Virus record (IMG/VR): IMGVR_UViG_3300027985_000286 | Span: 32,001-96,000 of that record | Reading direction: 5' to 3' (one strand) | DNA length: 64,000 bases | Source: a virus | Shown: piece by piece, positions 36,992-46,400 of the stretch | Layout: the number at the start of each line of letters is the position of its first letter | How positions within the stretch are numbered: the first letter of the stretch is position 1 | Made by a program: the position numbers and the translations under genes | Notes under the pieces: model-generated | Told to the model about the DNA's origin: nothing | Seen by the model: only the letters and a program-made list of their open reading frames with translations | Databases searched by the model: none

Positions 36992-38503
36992 GTGGCAAAA
37001 AGTGTAACTCTGTCAAAACTGATTGCCCAGCAAGTACCAGGGCACGTTAGAAAGAACTACGATACGTTCGTCAAGTTCTTAGAGTATTACTACGAGTGGC
37101 TTGAGCAGAAATACGGTCCCACTGACGTTATCAGAAATTGGGAGACGTACGGATCTGTTGACTCTGATGTAGACGAGTTTGTCAACGAGTTCAAGAGCGA
37201 AACGCTCTACTCTTTGCCTCTGAGTATCGTGGGTGATAAGAGACGACTTCTTCTACATGCTCGCGAGTTTCTCAAAACTAAGGGCACAGAAAGATCATTT
37301 AAGTTCCTTTTTCGTATCCTGTTCAATGAAGATGTTGATCTGTACTTGCCCAAAGAGAACATCTTCCGTCTGTCTGATGGTGACTGGGTCAAGAACGATA
37401 ATGTGATTGTAGCTACCTCTATTAACGACCCGTCCACGTTCCTGTATAAGAGAATTAAGCAGGTGCGTGTGATTAACGAGTTCCTCACAGAGGAAGCATC
37501 AGCTCTAGTTATCAAAGCTGAAAGGTATCGCAGGGACAAGATTGTCAGAAATAGGTTCTTTGTTTCTGATGTGCGAGGTGTATTCAAAGATACACATCCT
37601 GTCTTTCTAGAATCTGATGAAGGAACGTACGAGTATCTTTACCCTATTGTGACTAGCGTCGATATTACTACTGCAGGGACAGGTTACATCAAAGGGGATA
37701 CTATCAGCTTAGACGGGACAGCGCAGTGGGTTGTATCAGGAACGCTGAACATTGCTAAGATTTTTGATACAAAGGTCACCTCTCTTCTAGCTGCATCTGA
37801 TATTGTTGTCAAAGTCAATACTGTGACAACAACCAGCTTCACGTTCGATGGTAGATACATCACATTAAGCTCTTACGCTGAAGGCGACGATGTTGAGGTG
37901 CTGTTTCCTTCTGTTACTGGTTACGTTGAGGTTGATGGTGTTGACTCTACGGGTGGCATTGTTCAAACACGAATCTATGACTTCCCTATTGGGTACCCAA
38001 CGTCACCCACCTACTCAATTACATCTAGAACTGGTTCTGGCGCTGTCTTACAGGTGAACGTGGGTACAGTAGGGTATGTGGCTGGGTACTACATTGGCAG
38101 CAAAGGAATGCCGTCTTCAACCAATTTCTTGCAAGACAGTCTGTATTACCAGGAATACTCCTACGTCATACGAGCATCCAGGTCAGTTGACACCTACGCA
38201 AGCATCGTAAAGCAACTATTGCATCCTGCTGGTATGATGATGTTTGGTGAGATTAGCATCCTGTCTCTTATTTCAATGATTATTCGAGACATGAAGAGTT
38301 ACGTCGATGTGGTTGTACTGTACGGTTCGTATGTACTGGTTACATCAGAAGCCTTGCACAGCAGGGTGATGACATACGATAAGCATAAAACTGCAGTAGA
38401 CCTTGATGTAAATACATACGAAAACTTTACCATACAGTCCGTCTTGAATAACTACAGAACGAAATGGGATTATGGACTCCCAGTAACAGTTACTATCCAA
38501 TAA
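36992..38503 (+). CDS. 7: Baseplate wedge initiator (gp7-like)
   Basis: FV.FLEYYYEWLE, KGTE.SFKFLFRILFNE, LQDS.YYQEYSYVI, LLHPAG..MFG. Confidence 0.82.
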   Translation: MAKSVTLSKLIAQQVPGHVRKNYDTFVKFLEYYYEWLEQKYGPTDVIRNWETYGSVDSDVDEFVNEFKSETLYSLPLSIVGDKRRLLLHAREFLKTKGTERSFKFLFRILFNEDVDLYLPKENIFRLSDGDWVKNDNVIVATSINDPSTFLYKRIKQVRVINEFLTEEASALVIKAERYRRDKIVRNRFFVSDVRGVFKDTHPVFLESDEGTYEYLYPIVTSVDITTAGTGYIKGDTISLDGTAQWVVSGTLNIAKIFDTKVTSLLAASDIVVKVNTVTTTSFTFDGRYITLSSYAEGDDVEVLFPSVTGYVEVDGVDSTGGIVQTRIYDFPIGYPTSPTYSITSRTGSGAVLQVNVGTVGYVAGYYIGSKGMPSSTNFLQDSLYYQEYSYVIRASRSVDTYASIVKQLLHPAGMMMFGEISILSLISMIIRDMKSYVDVVVLYGSYVLVTSEALHSRVMTYDKHKTAVDLDVNTYENFTIQSVLNNYRTKWDYGLPVTVTIQ

Positions 38504-38513
38504 CGAGGAAACA

Positions 38514-38861
38514 ATGAAAGCTCTAAAATCAAGTAACTGGGTTGATCTCCCTGTTGTGGGACCACCAATTGATGGCGCATACTACGTGCTCGAAGGTACT
38601 TACACGATTACTGTGCCTGCTGGCGCTCAAATGGTGAGCTTTATCTGCAAAACAGGTACTGCGTACGTGATGGAAAGCCAGACAGATGCAGAAGTTTTGC
38701 CTACTCCCTGGCCTCCTGCTTCAAACGAAACAACCGGATTCCCTTGGGCTCCTCTAGCGGCATCTACTTCTTACGAGTATGGTGAATACGCGGTGGCACC
38801 GGGACAGAAGTTGCGTCTGTCCGTGCTGGCCACCAGCTCCGTGCAGGTGCTGTTCAGCTGA
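38514..38861 (+). CDS. Hypothetical virion-associated beta-rich protein
   Basis: 115 aa ORF with GAGG RBS; GC content rises in its 3' part. Confidence 0.55.
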   Translation: MKALKSSNWVDLPVVGPPIDGAYYVLEGTYTITVPAGAQMVSFICKTGTAYVMESQTDAEVLPTPWPPASNETTGFPWAPLAASTSYEYGEYAVAPGQKLRLSVLATSSVQVLFS

Positions 38862-39502
38862 TGGCCCGGCGACTCGGGACAGGGACAGGGAGCGGACGCG
38901 CTCGTTTCCACGGCGAGCACAGTGGAGGTAGCGGGTTATTCCTGCTCGACACGTTCACGGACAACGACGGGGTGTTGTTGACGGCCCACGCGCCGGAGGT
39001 TGGTGTGGCCTGGAACCCGGTTTACGGTTCGTCTGCGTCACCAACGATTGCGAATAACCGATTGCACGGAAACGGCACAGTGACGGCGGAATACATGGTT
39101 TCCACGGGTCTCGCACCGAGCGCCGACTATTCCGTGGCCGGTCAGTTCACCTATCTGACCGGAATTGGTGGAGACATGATTGGAGTGCTCGGCCGTGTCT
39201 CAACAGATGCGCAGACGTGGTACAAATTCGACTACTACGGCGGCGCTTTCAGGCTCGTCAAGCGGGTTGATGGTGTCGATGAGATCCTCGCGTCATTTCC
39301 GTTGATCCCGTCAGCAGGCGATACCAAAACAATTACGCTGACTATGGTTGGGACCAGTATTGTCGGCTACCTGGACGGCGCGCCCATTGCGTCTGCGGTG
39401 AATGGTGCGATTGTCGCCGCCGGTCACCCGGGCCTGGTGACGCGCTATTCGACTCCGACGACGGGCTGCGTACTCGATTGGATTCAGGCGGATGCGGCCT
39501 AA
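38861..39502 (+). CDS. GC-rich gene for a beta-sandwich (lectin/ConA-like) protein
   Basis: LDTF, YSVAG.F, IGVLGR, WY, TITLT..GTSI..YLDG, G.PG pattern; GC far above flanks. Confidence 0.55.
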   Translation: MARRLGTGTGSGRARFHGEHSGGSGLFLLDTFTDNDGVLLTAHAPEVGVAWNPVYGSSASPTIANNRLHGNGTVTAEYMVSTGLAPSADYSVAGQFTYLTGIGGDMIGVLGRVSTDAQTWYKFDYYGGAFRLVKRVDGVDEILASFPLIPSAGDTKTITLTMVGTSIVGYLDGAPIASAVNGAIVAAGHPGLVTRYSTPTTGCVLDWIQADAA

Positions 39503-39597
39503 TGACTGACCGCCTCATCACCGGCTACATCTACCTCCTCGCCGCGCTCTCCAGCGCGATGGGGGGACCGGGGTGGAGTGCAATGGGCATCTGCTGA
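39502..39597 (+). pseudogene. Short GC-rich hydrophobic ORF (31 aa), possible remnant of donor gene
   Basis: TAATG coupling to upstream gene; MTDRLITGYIYLLAALSSAMGGPGWSAMGIC. Confidence 0.3.
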
Positions 39598-39693
39598 AAT
39601 GCAGGCCAGAGTCGTCCAGGTGATCTAAAATCTGGACGCCTTACCTATAAGTAATAAATACAGGTAAGATTGCTCACATAGAGAAGAACTCAA

Positions 39694-41637
39694 ATGTCAT
39701 ATACTGGTGCACAACCAAGATACGCAAGACTAGAAACAGAATCCTTCGACGCTGACGGATCTACTGGTACTTTTGCTCTTACCTACGCCCCAGGTGTACC
39801 TGAGGGTATCTTAGTCTTTCTAGATAACGTCTTTCAAGAACCTAGGGTATCGTATACTGTATCCGGTAAGACACTTGTATTTGTAGGTGCCAATCCATCT
39901 GGACGACTCATTGTTATGTACCGTGGTATTGAGGGCGGCTCTGTTATCGAAGGATCGGTCAACATCTATGGAGACTATCCACTAGTTGGATCCCCGACTA
40001 ACCTAGGACAGTTCCTAACCCAGGTTAATAGCGGAATTCTGGGAGTGGTAGTTGCTGATAGAACTGCCGCGGAGGCTCTTCCGATCATTAATGGACTCAA
40101 AGTTCATATTAAGTCTGAAGATGGGGGTGATTTCATCCTAGAAACAGCAAACTCACCATACACAAGTGACGGCGGTTCTTACTGCGGTACAATAATTGCT
40201 CTAAGCGGTGGTACTGCAGGTCTTGTTCGAGTAAGACAGTCTAATTCTGTAGATATTACTTGGTATGGTGCATTTCCAACAGACGGAAGCACCACACCAG
40301 ATTGCTCTACTGCACTTACCTTGGCTTACAATGCTGTTTCATCTTCTGTGAGCGGGACTGACCCCACCAGGGTTTACTCTACTGGTGGCGAGATTATTTT
40401 TACCGCAGATGACAAGAAACGGCACTACTACTTTGCATCGGGTAGCTCTACTCTCCTGCTAACCTCTGACTTCATTACAATTCGAGGGTTGGGTGGACCG
40501 GTTATTCACAACCTTTCTGGTAATCCTGTTTTTGCTGTGGGAGACGGTTACTCTAACCTAGGACTTTGGATGACAACAAGCGAGCCGTCATTTGTTACTA
40601 TCTCTGACCTGATGATCTTCGATTATGCCGGCGGTGATCAGATTGAAGTGAGGGGTGGGCACTTCATCACGATCACCAACTTACTACTGAGAGGCAACGA
40701 TGCCAACACAATTGCAAGAAACGGTGGTATTAGAGCTAGACAGTTCCAGTGGCTAACTGTATCGCACAATCGTATTGAAGGGTTCAACGATTACGGAATT
40801 CTTGTCGAAACTGGCGACCAGCAAATAGACCATTTTCACTGCAACTCGAACAGCATATCTATTGGTGGTACGTTGTCTCTAGGTACAGAGGCTGCAGGTC
40901 TGTCTGTTAAAGGTCATAAGACTCTGGGTGCCATTGACTGGTCAATTGGAGACCTAACAGTATCTGCAGAAGTGTATGACCAGGCAACTTACGGAATAAA
41001 GATACAAGGTTACAGTGATTACACCTTCACTGCTGCTTCAATCAACAAGCCTGTTATCGAAGTCTTGAATATCGGTCACCTTGGACTAGAGTCTGTCGGT
41101 TACGGTATTTTCAACTCTCAAGGTGGTGCTATTAACATTGGTTCTCTTGACCATACGTCAAATGGTCACACCTACAGGTTGTATGATACAAACGGTTCGC
41201 CTTACTGTGAGACAGTAATTAGCGTGTTCAGCTCTCAAGGTGCATCTGCGCAGACTTGGTCTGGTGCTGGAACACCGCTGTTGTTCGCACCAAACAATAG
41301 TAGGCTCACACTAGGTATTGCTCGTGGTAGAGCAGTTGGGAGTATCTACTTTGCATCAACCCAATCTTTTACCAATATTGTCTTCTTGAGCACCGTTTAC
41401 GGTCCGTCTGGAAGTGAGTTCTACTACAGGAAATCAGGGTCGGTAACAATCACTGCCGCATCTACAACCTACGTTCTAGCTCACGGAGTGCTGAAAGCCC
41501 CTGAAAGGTACCATTTGCACCCTTCCTGGGATACTACTGTATTTGTGACTGCTGTAGACGATACGTCCATCTACATTTCGTTCGGCACAGCACCTGGGGT
41601 TGATTCTACACTCAGATGGGCTGCGAGCATCATCTAG
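39694..41637 (+). CDS. Tailspike / receptor-binding protein with beta-helix (pectate-lyase-like) domain
   Basis: N-terminal virion-attachment module (ILVFLDNVFQEP..SYTVSG), DITWYGA...D...AL..A, GGEI.F, G/N-rich beta repeats. Confidence 0.75.
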   Translation: MSYTGAQPRYARLETESFDADGSTGTFALTYAPGVPEGILVFLDNVFQEPRVSYTVSGKTLVFVGANPSGRLIVMYRGIEGGSVIEGSVNIYGDYPLVGSPTNLGQFLTQVNSGILGVVVADRTAAEALPIINGLKVHIKSEDGGDFILETANSPYTSDGGSYCGTIIALSGGTAGLVRVRQSNSVDITWYGAFPTDGSTTPDCSTALTLAYNAVSSSVSGTDPTRVYSTGGEIIFTADDKKRHYYFASGSSTLLLTSDFITIRGLGGPVIHNLSGNPVFAVGDGYSNLGLWMTTSEPSFVTISDLMIFDYAGGDQIEVRGGHFITITNLLLRGNDANTIARNGGIRARQFQWLTVSHNRIEGFNDYGILVETGDQQIDHFHCNSNSISIGGTLSLGTEAAGLSVKGHKTLGAIDWSIGDLTVSAEVYDQATYGIKIQGYSDYTFTAASINKPVIEVLNIGHLGLESVGYGIFNSQGGAINIGSLDHTSNGHTYRLYDTNGSPYCETVISVFSSQGASAQTWSGAGTPLLFAPNNSRLTLGIARGRAVGSIYFASTQSFTNIVFLSTVYGPSGSEFYYRKSGSVTITAASTTYVLAHGVLKAPERYHLHPSWDTTVFVTAVDDTSIYISFGTAPGVDSTLRWAASII

Positions 41638-41691
41638 CCAATTAGAAGGCTGTTCTTACTAAATAGAATAAACCATTGTTAGGAGAAAATC

Positions 41692-41961
41692 ATGGCTGCA
41701 CCAGTTCGTAAAGTAAAAGAAAACAACACAACTGTCAGACTTCCTGACGGTACCACGTATAACAGAGCAACCAACGCGGCTGCGGTTACTGCTGCGATTG
41801 CAACCACTGCAACGGTTGATGCGACACTCAATACTGGTGGAACTACTGCAGAGAGACCAGTTGCTCCGGTGACCTATCAGAGCTTCTTCGACACCACTCT
41901 GGGTAAGCCAGTTTGGTACGATGGCGCAGGATGGGTTGACGCAACTGGTACGACTGCGTAA
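41692..41961 (+). CDS. Small virion protein with tail-fibre-type GTTAERP...FDTTLGKPVWYDG..WVD motif
   Basis: Motif, AGGAG RBS, own late promoter (41660) and terminator. Confidence 0.7.
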   Translation: MAAPVRKVKENNTTVRLPDGTTYNRATNAAAVTAAIATTATVDATLNTGGTTAERPVAPVTYQSFFDTTLGKPVWYDGAGWVDATGTTA

Positions 41962-41984
41962 GCAGTACGCGCCTAAAGTTGTAG

Positions 41985-42011
41985 GAAAGGGGCTAAGGCC
42001 CCTTTCTTTTT
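41985..42011 (+). terminator. Intrinsic terminator
   Basis: GAAAGGGGC-TAAG-GCCCCTTTC followed by TTTTT. Confidence 0.85.
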
Positions 42012-42048
42012 GTTAAATACATGAAACCGTACCAACTGAGAGATTATT

Positions 42049-43380
42049 ATGGCCTCTATCATTACCACCCAGATTAGAAACTTCAACATTCAGCAAAACA
42101 AGGAAGCTTTTTCTGAAGTAGGCGCAGATAGGTTGTACCTCTTTGTTGGCAGAACTACTGCTTGGGCAGACGAACAGGTGCCGACTGTTCCTGTTGATTC
42201 AACCTGGACGTTCTTGGATGCTTACCGAAATATGGTGGGTCTCAAGTTGATTAACGCTTCAGATATCATCACCGTATGCAGACGGTTTGACTGGGAAGTG
42301 AATACAATCTACGACCAGTTTGATGATCTGGTTAACATGACCAACGGTTTCTCAATTGATGATACTAGCTTCCCGGTATTCTACGTTCTTACCGATGAGC
42401 TCAACGTCTACAAGTGCATCGATAACAACGGTAATTCTCTTTCAACAGTCAAGCCAACAGGTAACTCAGTGTCTTCCTTTGAGACTGCGGACGGCTATGT
42501 TTGGAAGTATATGTTTTCTCTAAAGACCACTGACGTATTCAACTTCCTTACCACAGATTGGATGCCTGTTGTGACTCTAAATGTCACAGACGGATCGACC
42601 CAATGGACCATCCAACAGAACGCGGTTCCTGGTGCTATTGAATCTATTGTCATTGAACAGGCAGGGCTAGGGTATGATGACGTACTCCTCCCTATCCTCA
42701 CAATCACAGGTGACGGTACTGGTGCGGAAGCCGCGGCTGAGGTAGATCCAGTTACTGGAGCGATCACAAAGATCAGAATGACTAACGTTGGTAGCGGATA
42801 CACGTATGCAGATGTGGCAATTGACGCCAACGGATCTGCCGGGGCTGGCGGTGTTGCGCGTGCAATTATGAGCCCTTCAGGAGGTCATGGTGCTGACCCA
42901 ATCGAAGAACTGGGTGGGTACTACATCATGGTTGCTACCAAGCTCGAAGGAGATGAAGGCGGTAAGATCCCTGAGACAATCGAGTTCCGACAGCTAGGTC
43001 TAGTAGCTAACCCTCTGTCTACCACCTTAGGGAAAAGAATTGGCTTTAGTGGTCTTGCAGGGTGTTTTGATATCGGAGACACAGTCACCGGTAGTGGTTC
43101 TGGTGCCACAGGAACTATCGTTAGTGTCAACTTGTCTGACGGATACATGGATGTCAACGTGACAGCAGGGTCATTCCTTGTTGGCGAAACGGTCACGTCC
43201 GGCGTATCTTCTGCTACCGTAGATTATGCGGTTGACACCTACCTGCCGCTGAGTGCGCTCACTGCTGCACTAGCTGACATTATCTCTGGGTCAGGAAAGA
43301 TGCTGTACCTTGAAAACAGAGTAAAGATTACCAGAAACGTAGGTCAGAATGAGCTAATTAAGTTTGTGATTGAAGGGTAA
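42049..43380 (+). CDS. 8: Baseplate wedge subunit (gp8)
   Basis: LYLFVGR..AW, FYV.T...NVYKCIDN, DGYVWKYMF, SPSGGHG.DP..ELGG. Confidence 0.9.
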   Translation: MASIITTQIRNFNIQQNKEAFSEVGADRLYLFVGRTTAWADEQVPTVPVDSTWTFLDAYRNMVGLKLINASDIITVCRRFDWEVNTIYDQFDDLVNMTNGFSIDDTSFPVFYVLTDELNVYKCIDNNGNSLSTVKPTGNSVSSFETADGYVWKYMFSLKTTDVFNFLTTDWMPVVTLNVTDGSTQWTIQQNAVPGAIESIVIEQAGLGYDDVLLPILTITGDGTGAEAAAEVDPVTGAITKIRMTNVGSGYTYADVAIDANGSAGAGGVARAIMSPSGGHGADPIEELGGYYIMVATKLEGDEGGKIPETIEFRQLGLVANPLSTTLGKRIGFSGLAGCFDIGDTVTGSGSGATGTIVSVNLSDGYMDVNVTAGSFLVGETVTSGVSSATVDYAVDTYLPLSALTAALADIISGSGKMLYLENRVKITRNVGQNELIKFVIEG

Positions 43381-43429
43381 CGCATTAAATACAAGCAGAT
43401 AACAACCAATGCTCTGATACGGAGTTAAC

Positions 43430-46400
43430 ATGGCGATCAATGAAAGCACTTCCCCTTATCATAATGACTATGATGAGGACAAGCAGTTTCTAAAAATCCT
43501 GTTCAAGCCTTCTGTAGCTGTTCAGGTTAGGGAAATGAACCAGCTACAGACTTTCCTGCAGAAGCAGGTCTCTAGACTGGGTGATCACTTCTTCGTTGAA
43601 GGCTCGATGGTGATTCCTGGTGAGGTCAACTACGATCTGGCCTTTGCATACGCAAAGCTCACCCTTGTTGATCCTTACGAAGATGTCGCTGCAGCTATTC
43701 TTAACGCAGGTGTTACGGTTGAAGGCACTGGTGGTCTTACTGCCGACGTCCTAGATTTCGTCAACGCTTCGGGCGCAGACCCTATCACGGTTTACTTGAA
43801 GTACAATGGTTCTGGCACTACAGGTGAGGTCTCTGCGTTTACTACTGCATCTACGATTACGTTCAAGGATTCTCTGGGCAACACCATCACCACAGCGACT
43901 GTTGATGAGACTGGTTTTGGTTCAAAAGTCAGTGTCAATCGGGGCATCTACTACATCAACGGGCAGTTTGTTCTAGTTACCGACCAGAATGTGATTGTTG
44001 AGAAGTACAGCCCAACGCCTACCAAGAAGGTGGGCCTGGTGTTTTCTGAGTCTGTTGTGACTGCGTTTGACGACGATTCTCTTCTTGACAATGCTCTGGG
44101 TACACCTAACTACACTGCACCCGGCGCCGACCGTTCTAAGATGACGGTAACCCTCACATCGTTGGATGTTGCGGACACTACATCTAATTTTGTTGAGCTT
44201 ATTAGGTTTGATGCTGGTAATGTGGAGAACCTTGTCGATAAGACTCAATACTCCATCCTTGCTGATACTCTTGCTCGAAGAACGTTTGACCAGTCTGGTG
44301 ATTTTACGGTTAACCCGTTCAACATTGTGCTCGCTGATCATCCCACAGATACCACTAAAATTCGAGTCGGTTTGGAGCCAGGAAAGGCGTACGTCAAAGG
44401 TTATGAGATTGGTACAACTGCAACACAGTATGTCAACGTCAATAAGGCTAGAGACACTGAATTGTTCAACAATTCTGTGACAATTGCTGAATTCGGAAAT
44501 TATGTTCTTGTTGAATCAGCGTACGGTTTGCCAGACGTTGCTACTTGTGACGAGATTGAGTTCTACACTGGTGCTGTAACTGTACCAGGATCAATGCCTA
44601 GTGGTACAAAGATTGCCACTGCCTACGTTCGTCATATCGAACAGATTAGCGCAACACAGTGGAAGATTTACGTTTTTGGTATTACAGGATCAATCGCTAC
44701 AGCGGTTTCTGTGTATGTCCCTGATACCTACGTTCCGTTTACAGGAACTCTGGTGCCGGATGTCTCTGGAAATAACCTCTACAGCTCAACTAACGGTTCG
44801 TACATTTTCCAGTCCCCACACACTAATGTCAAGACTCTTCTGGACGGGTTCGGAGCAACAGATACCAACTTTGTGGTAATGCGCAAGTATGACGTTACCG
44901 CAGATAGCTCAGCCAACGTCATTTTGACTGCAGGTACAGACGAGCTGTTCAGCGAATACTCTATTACGAATTACGTTCTCACTACAGTTGCGGGCGAGAT
45001 TGTTGATCTTACCGGTAAGGTGACTCGCGGTGGATCTCCTACAGGTACGCAGGTTACCATTGCTCTCGGTGCAGGGTACGAGAGCGTTAACGTGCGTGTG
45101 ATTGCTGCCGTTATTAGACAGGTTGCTCTTCAAAAGTCTAAGACTGTCCAGACTCAGGTCATCCCTGGTTCAGCTCTTGCTGCAGGTTTCCTATCTCTGG
45201 GTAAAGCAGACATCATTTCTCTTACTTCGGTGATTGATGACTCGACTTCCCAGGATATTACCAGCTCTTTCACTCTAGACAACGGACAGAGACGGTCCTA
45301 CTATGACCTAGGCTCAATCCAGCTCAAGGCAGGATATCCAACTCCCGCTTCAACAGTTACTGTGACGTTTGATTACTTCCAGCACAGCCCCGGTGATTAC
45401 TTCAGCGTGGACTCGTACTCAGTTATTGACTACGCTGATATTCCTACGTTCGTTGATGGTACCACCACATACAAGCTAACGGACTGCTTCGACTTCAGAC
45501 CTCGTATCAATGATGCTGGGACTGGTTTCAGTGGAACTGGTTCTTCCGTGGGTAACACAGTAAAGCCTGCAGGGTACATCACTGCAGACATTACCACCTA
45601 CTTGCCAAGAAAGGACAAGGTGTACCTAGACTACCGTGGTAACTTTGGTGTTGTTGAGGGTACTTCAGACCTTGATCCTAAAGAGCCACAAGACCCGAAC
45701 GATTCGATGGTTTTGTATAAGCTCTACGTCAACCCGTATACGGTTGACTCAAAAGACCTGGTTGTCACCTATGTCGAGAATAAGCGATACACCATGAGGG
45801 ACATTGGTAAGATTGAAAAGAGAGTAGATAACCTCGAATACTACACCGCGCTAAATGAGCTCGAAAAGAAAACTGTAGACCAGCAGGTGATTGACCCTGT
45901 TACCGGGAACGATAGGTATAAGAACGGGTTCTTTGCTGATCCGTTTGTTGACCATGCGATTGGTGACTTTGGGTCTTCAGAGGTACGGTGCTCTGTTGAT
46001 GAAGCCAACAGTATCCTGAGAGCTGAGTTTGATGCACAAGGTATCGACCTTGCGTTTGATGCTGCAGCTTCTACCAACGTTGAACAGCACGGCGACCTTA
46101 TCACTCTTCCGTTTGTTGACAGCGTGCTCATTAGTCAGCCACTGGCAACCCATTCCGTCAACGTGAACCCATACGACATCTTTGCGTGGATTGGGCGACT
46201 TGGCTTGACGCCTTCTTCGGACTATTGGGTTGACACTAGATACAAGGACCCGGATGTTACGTACTCTGAGAACGGTAAAAAGACAACTAACACGTGGTTG
46301 AGTTGGGCAACCGGATGGTCAGGGGCTCAGGTTGTTGATGTGAACGATACTGCTGCGTCTCGTTCAATCAACCTGTTCGGTAGAACGATTACTCTTTCTA

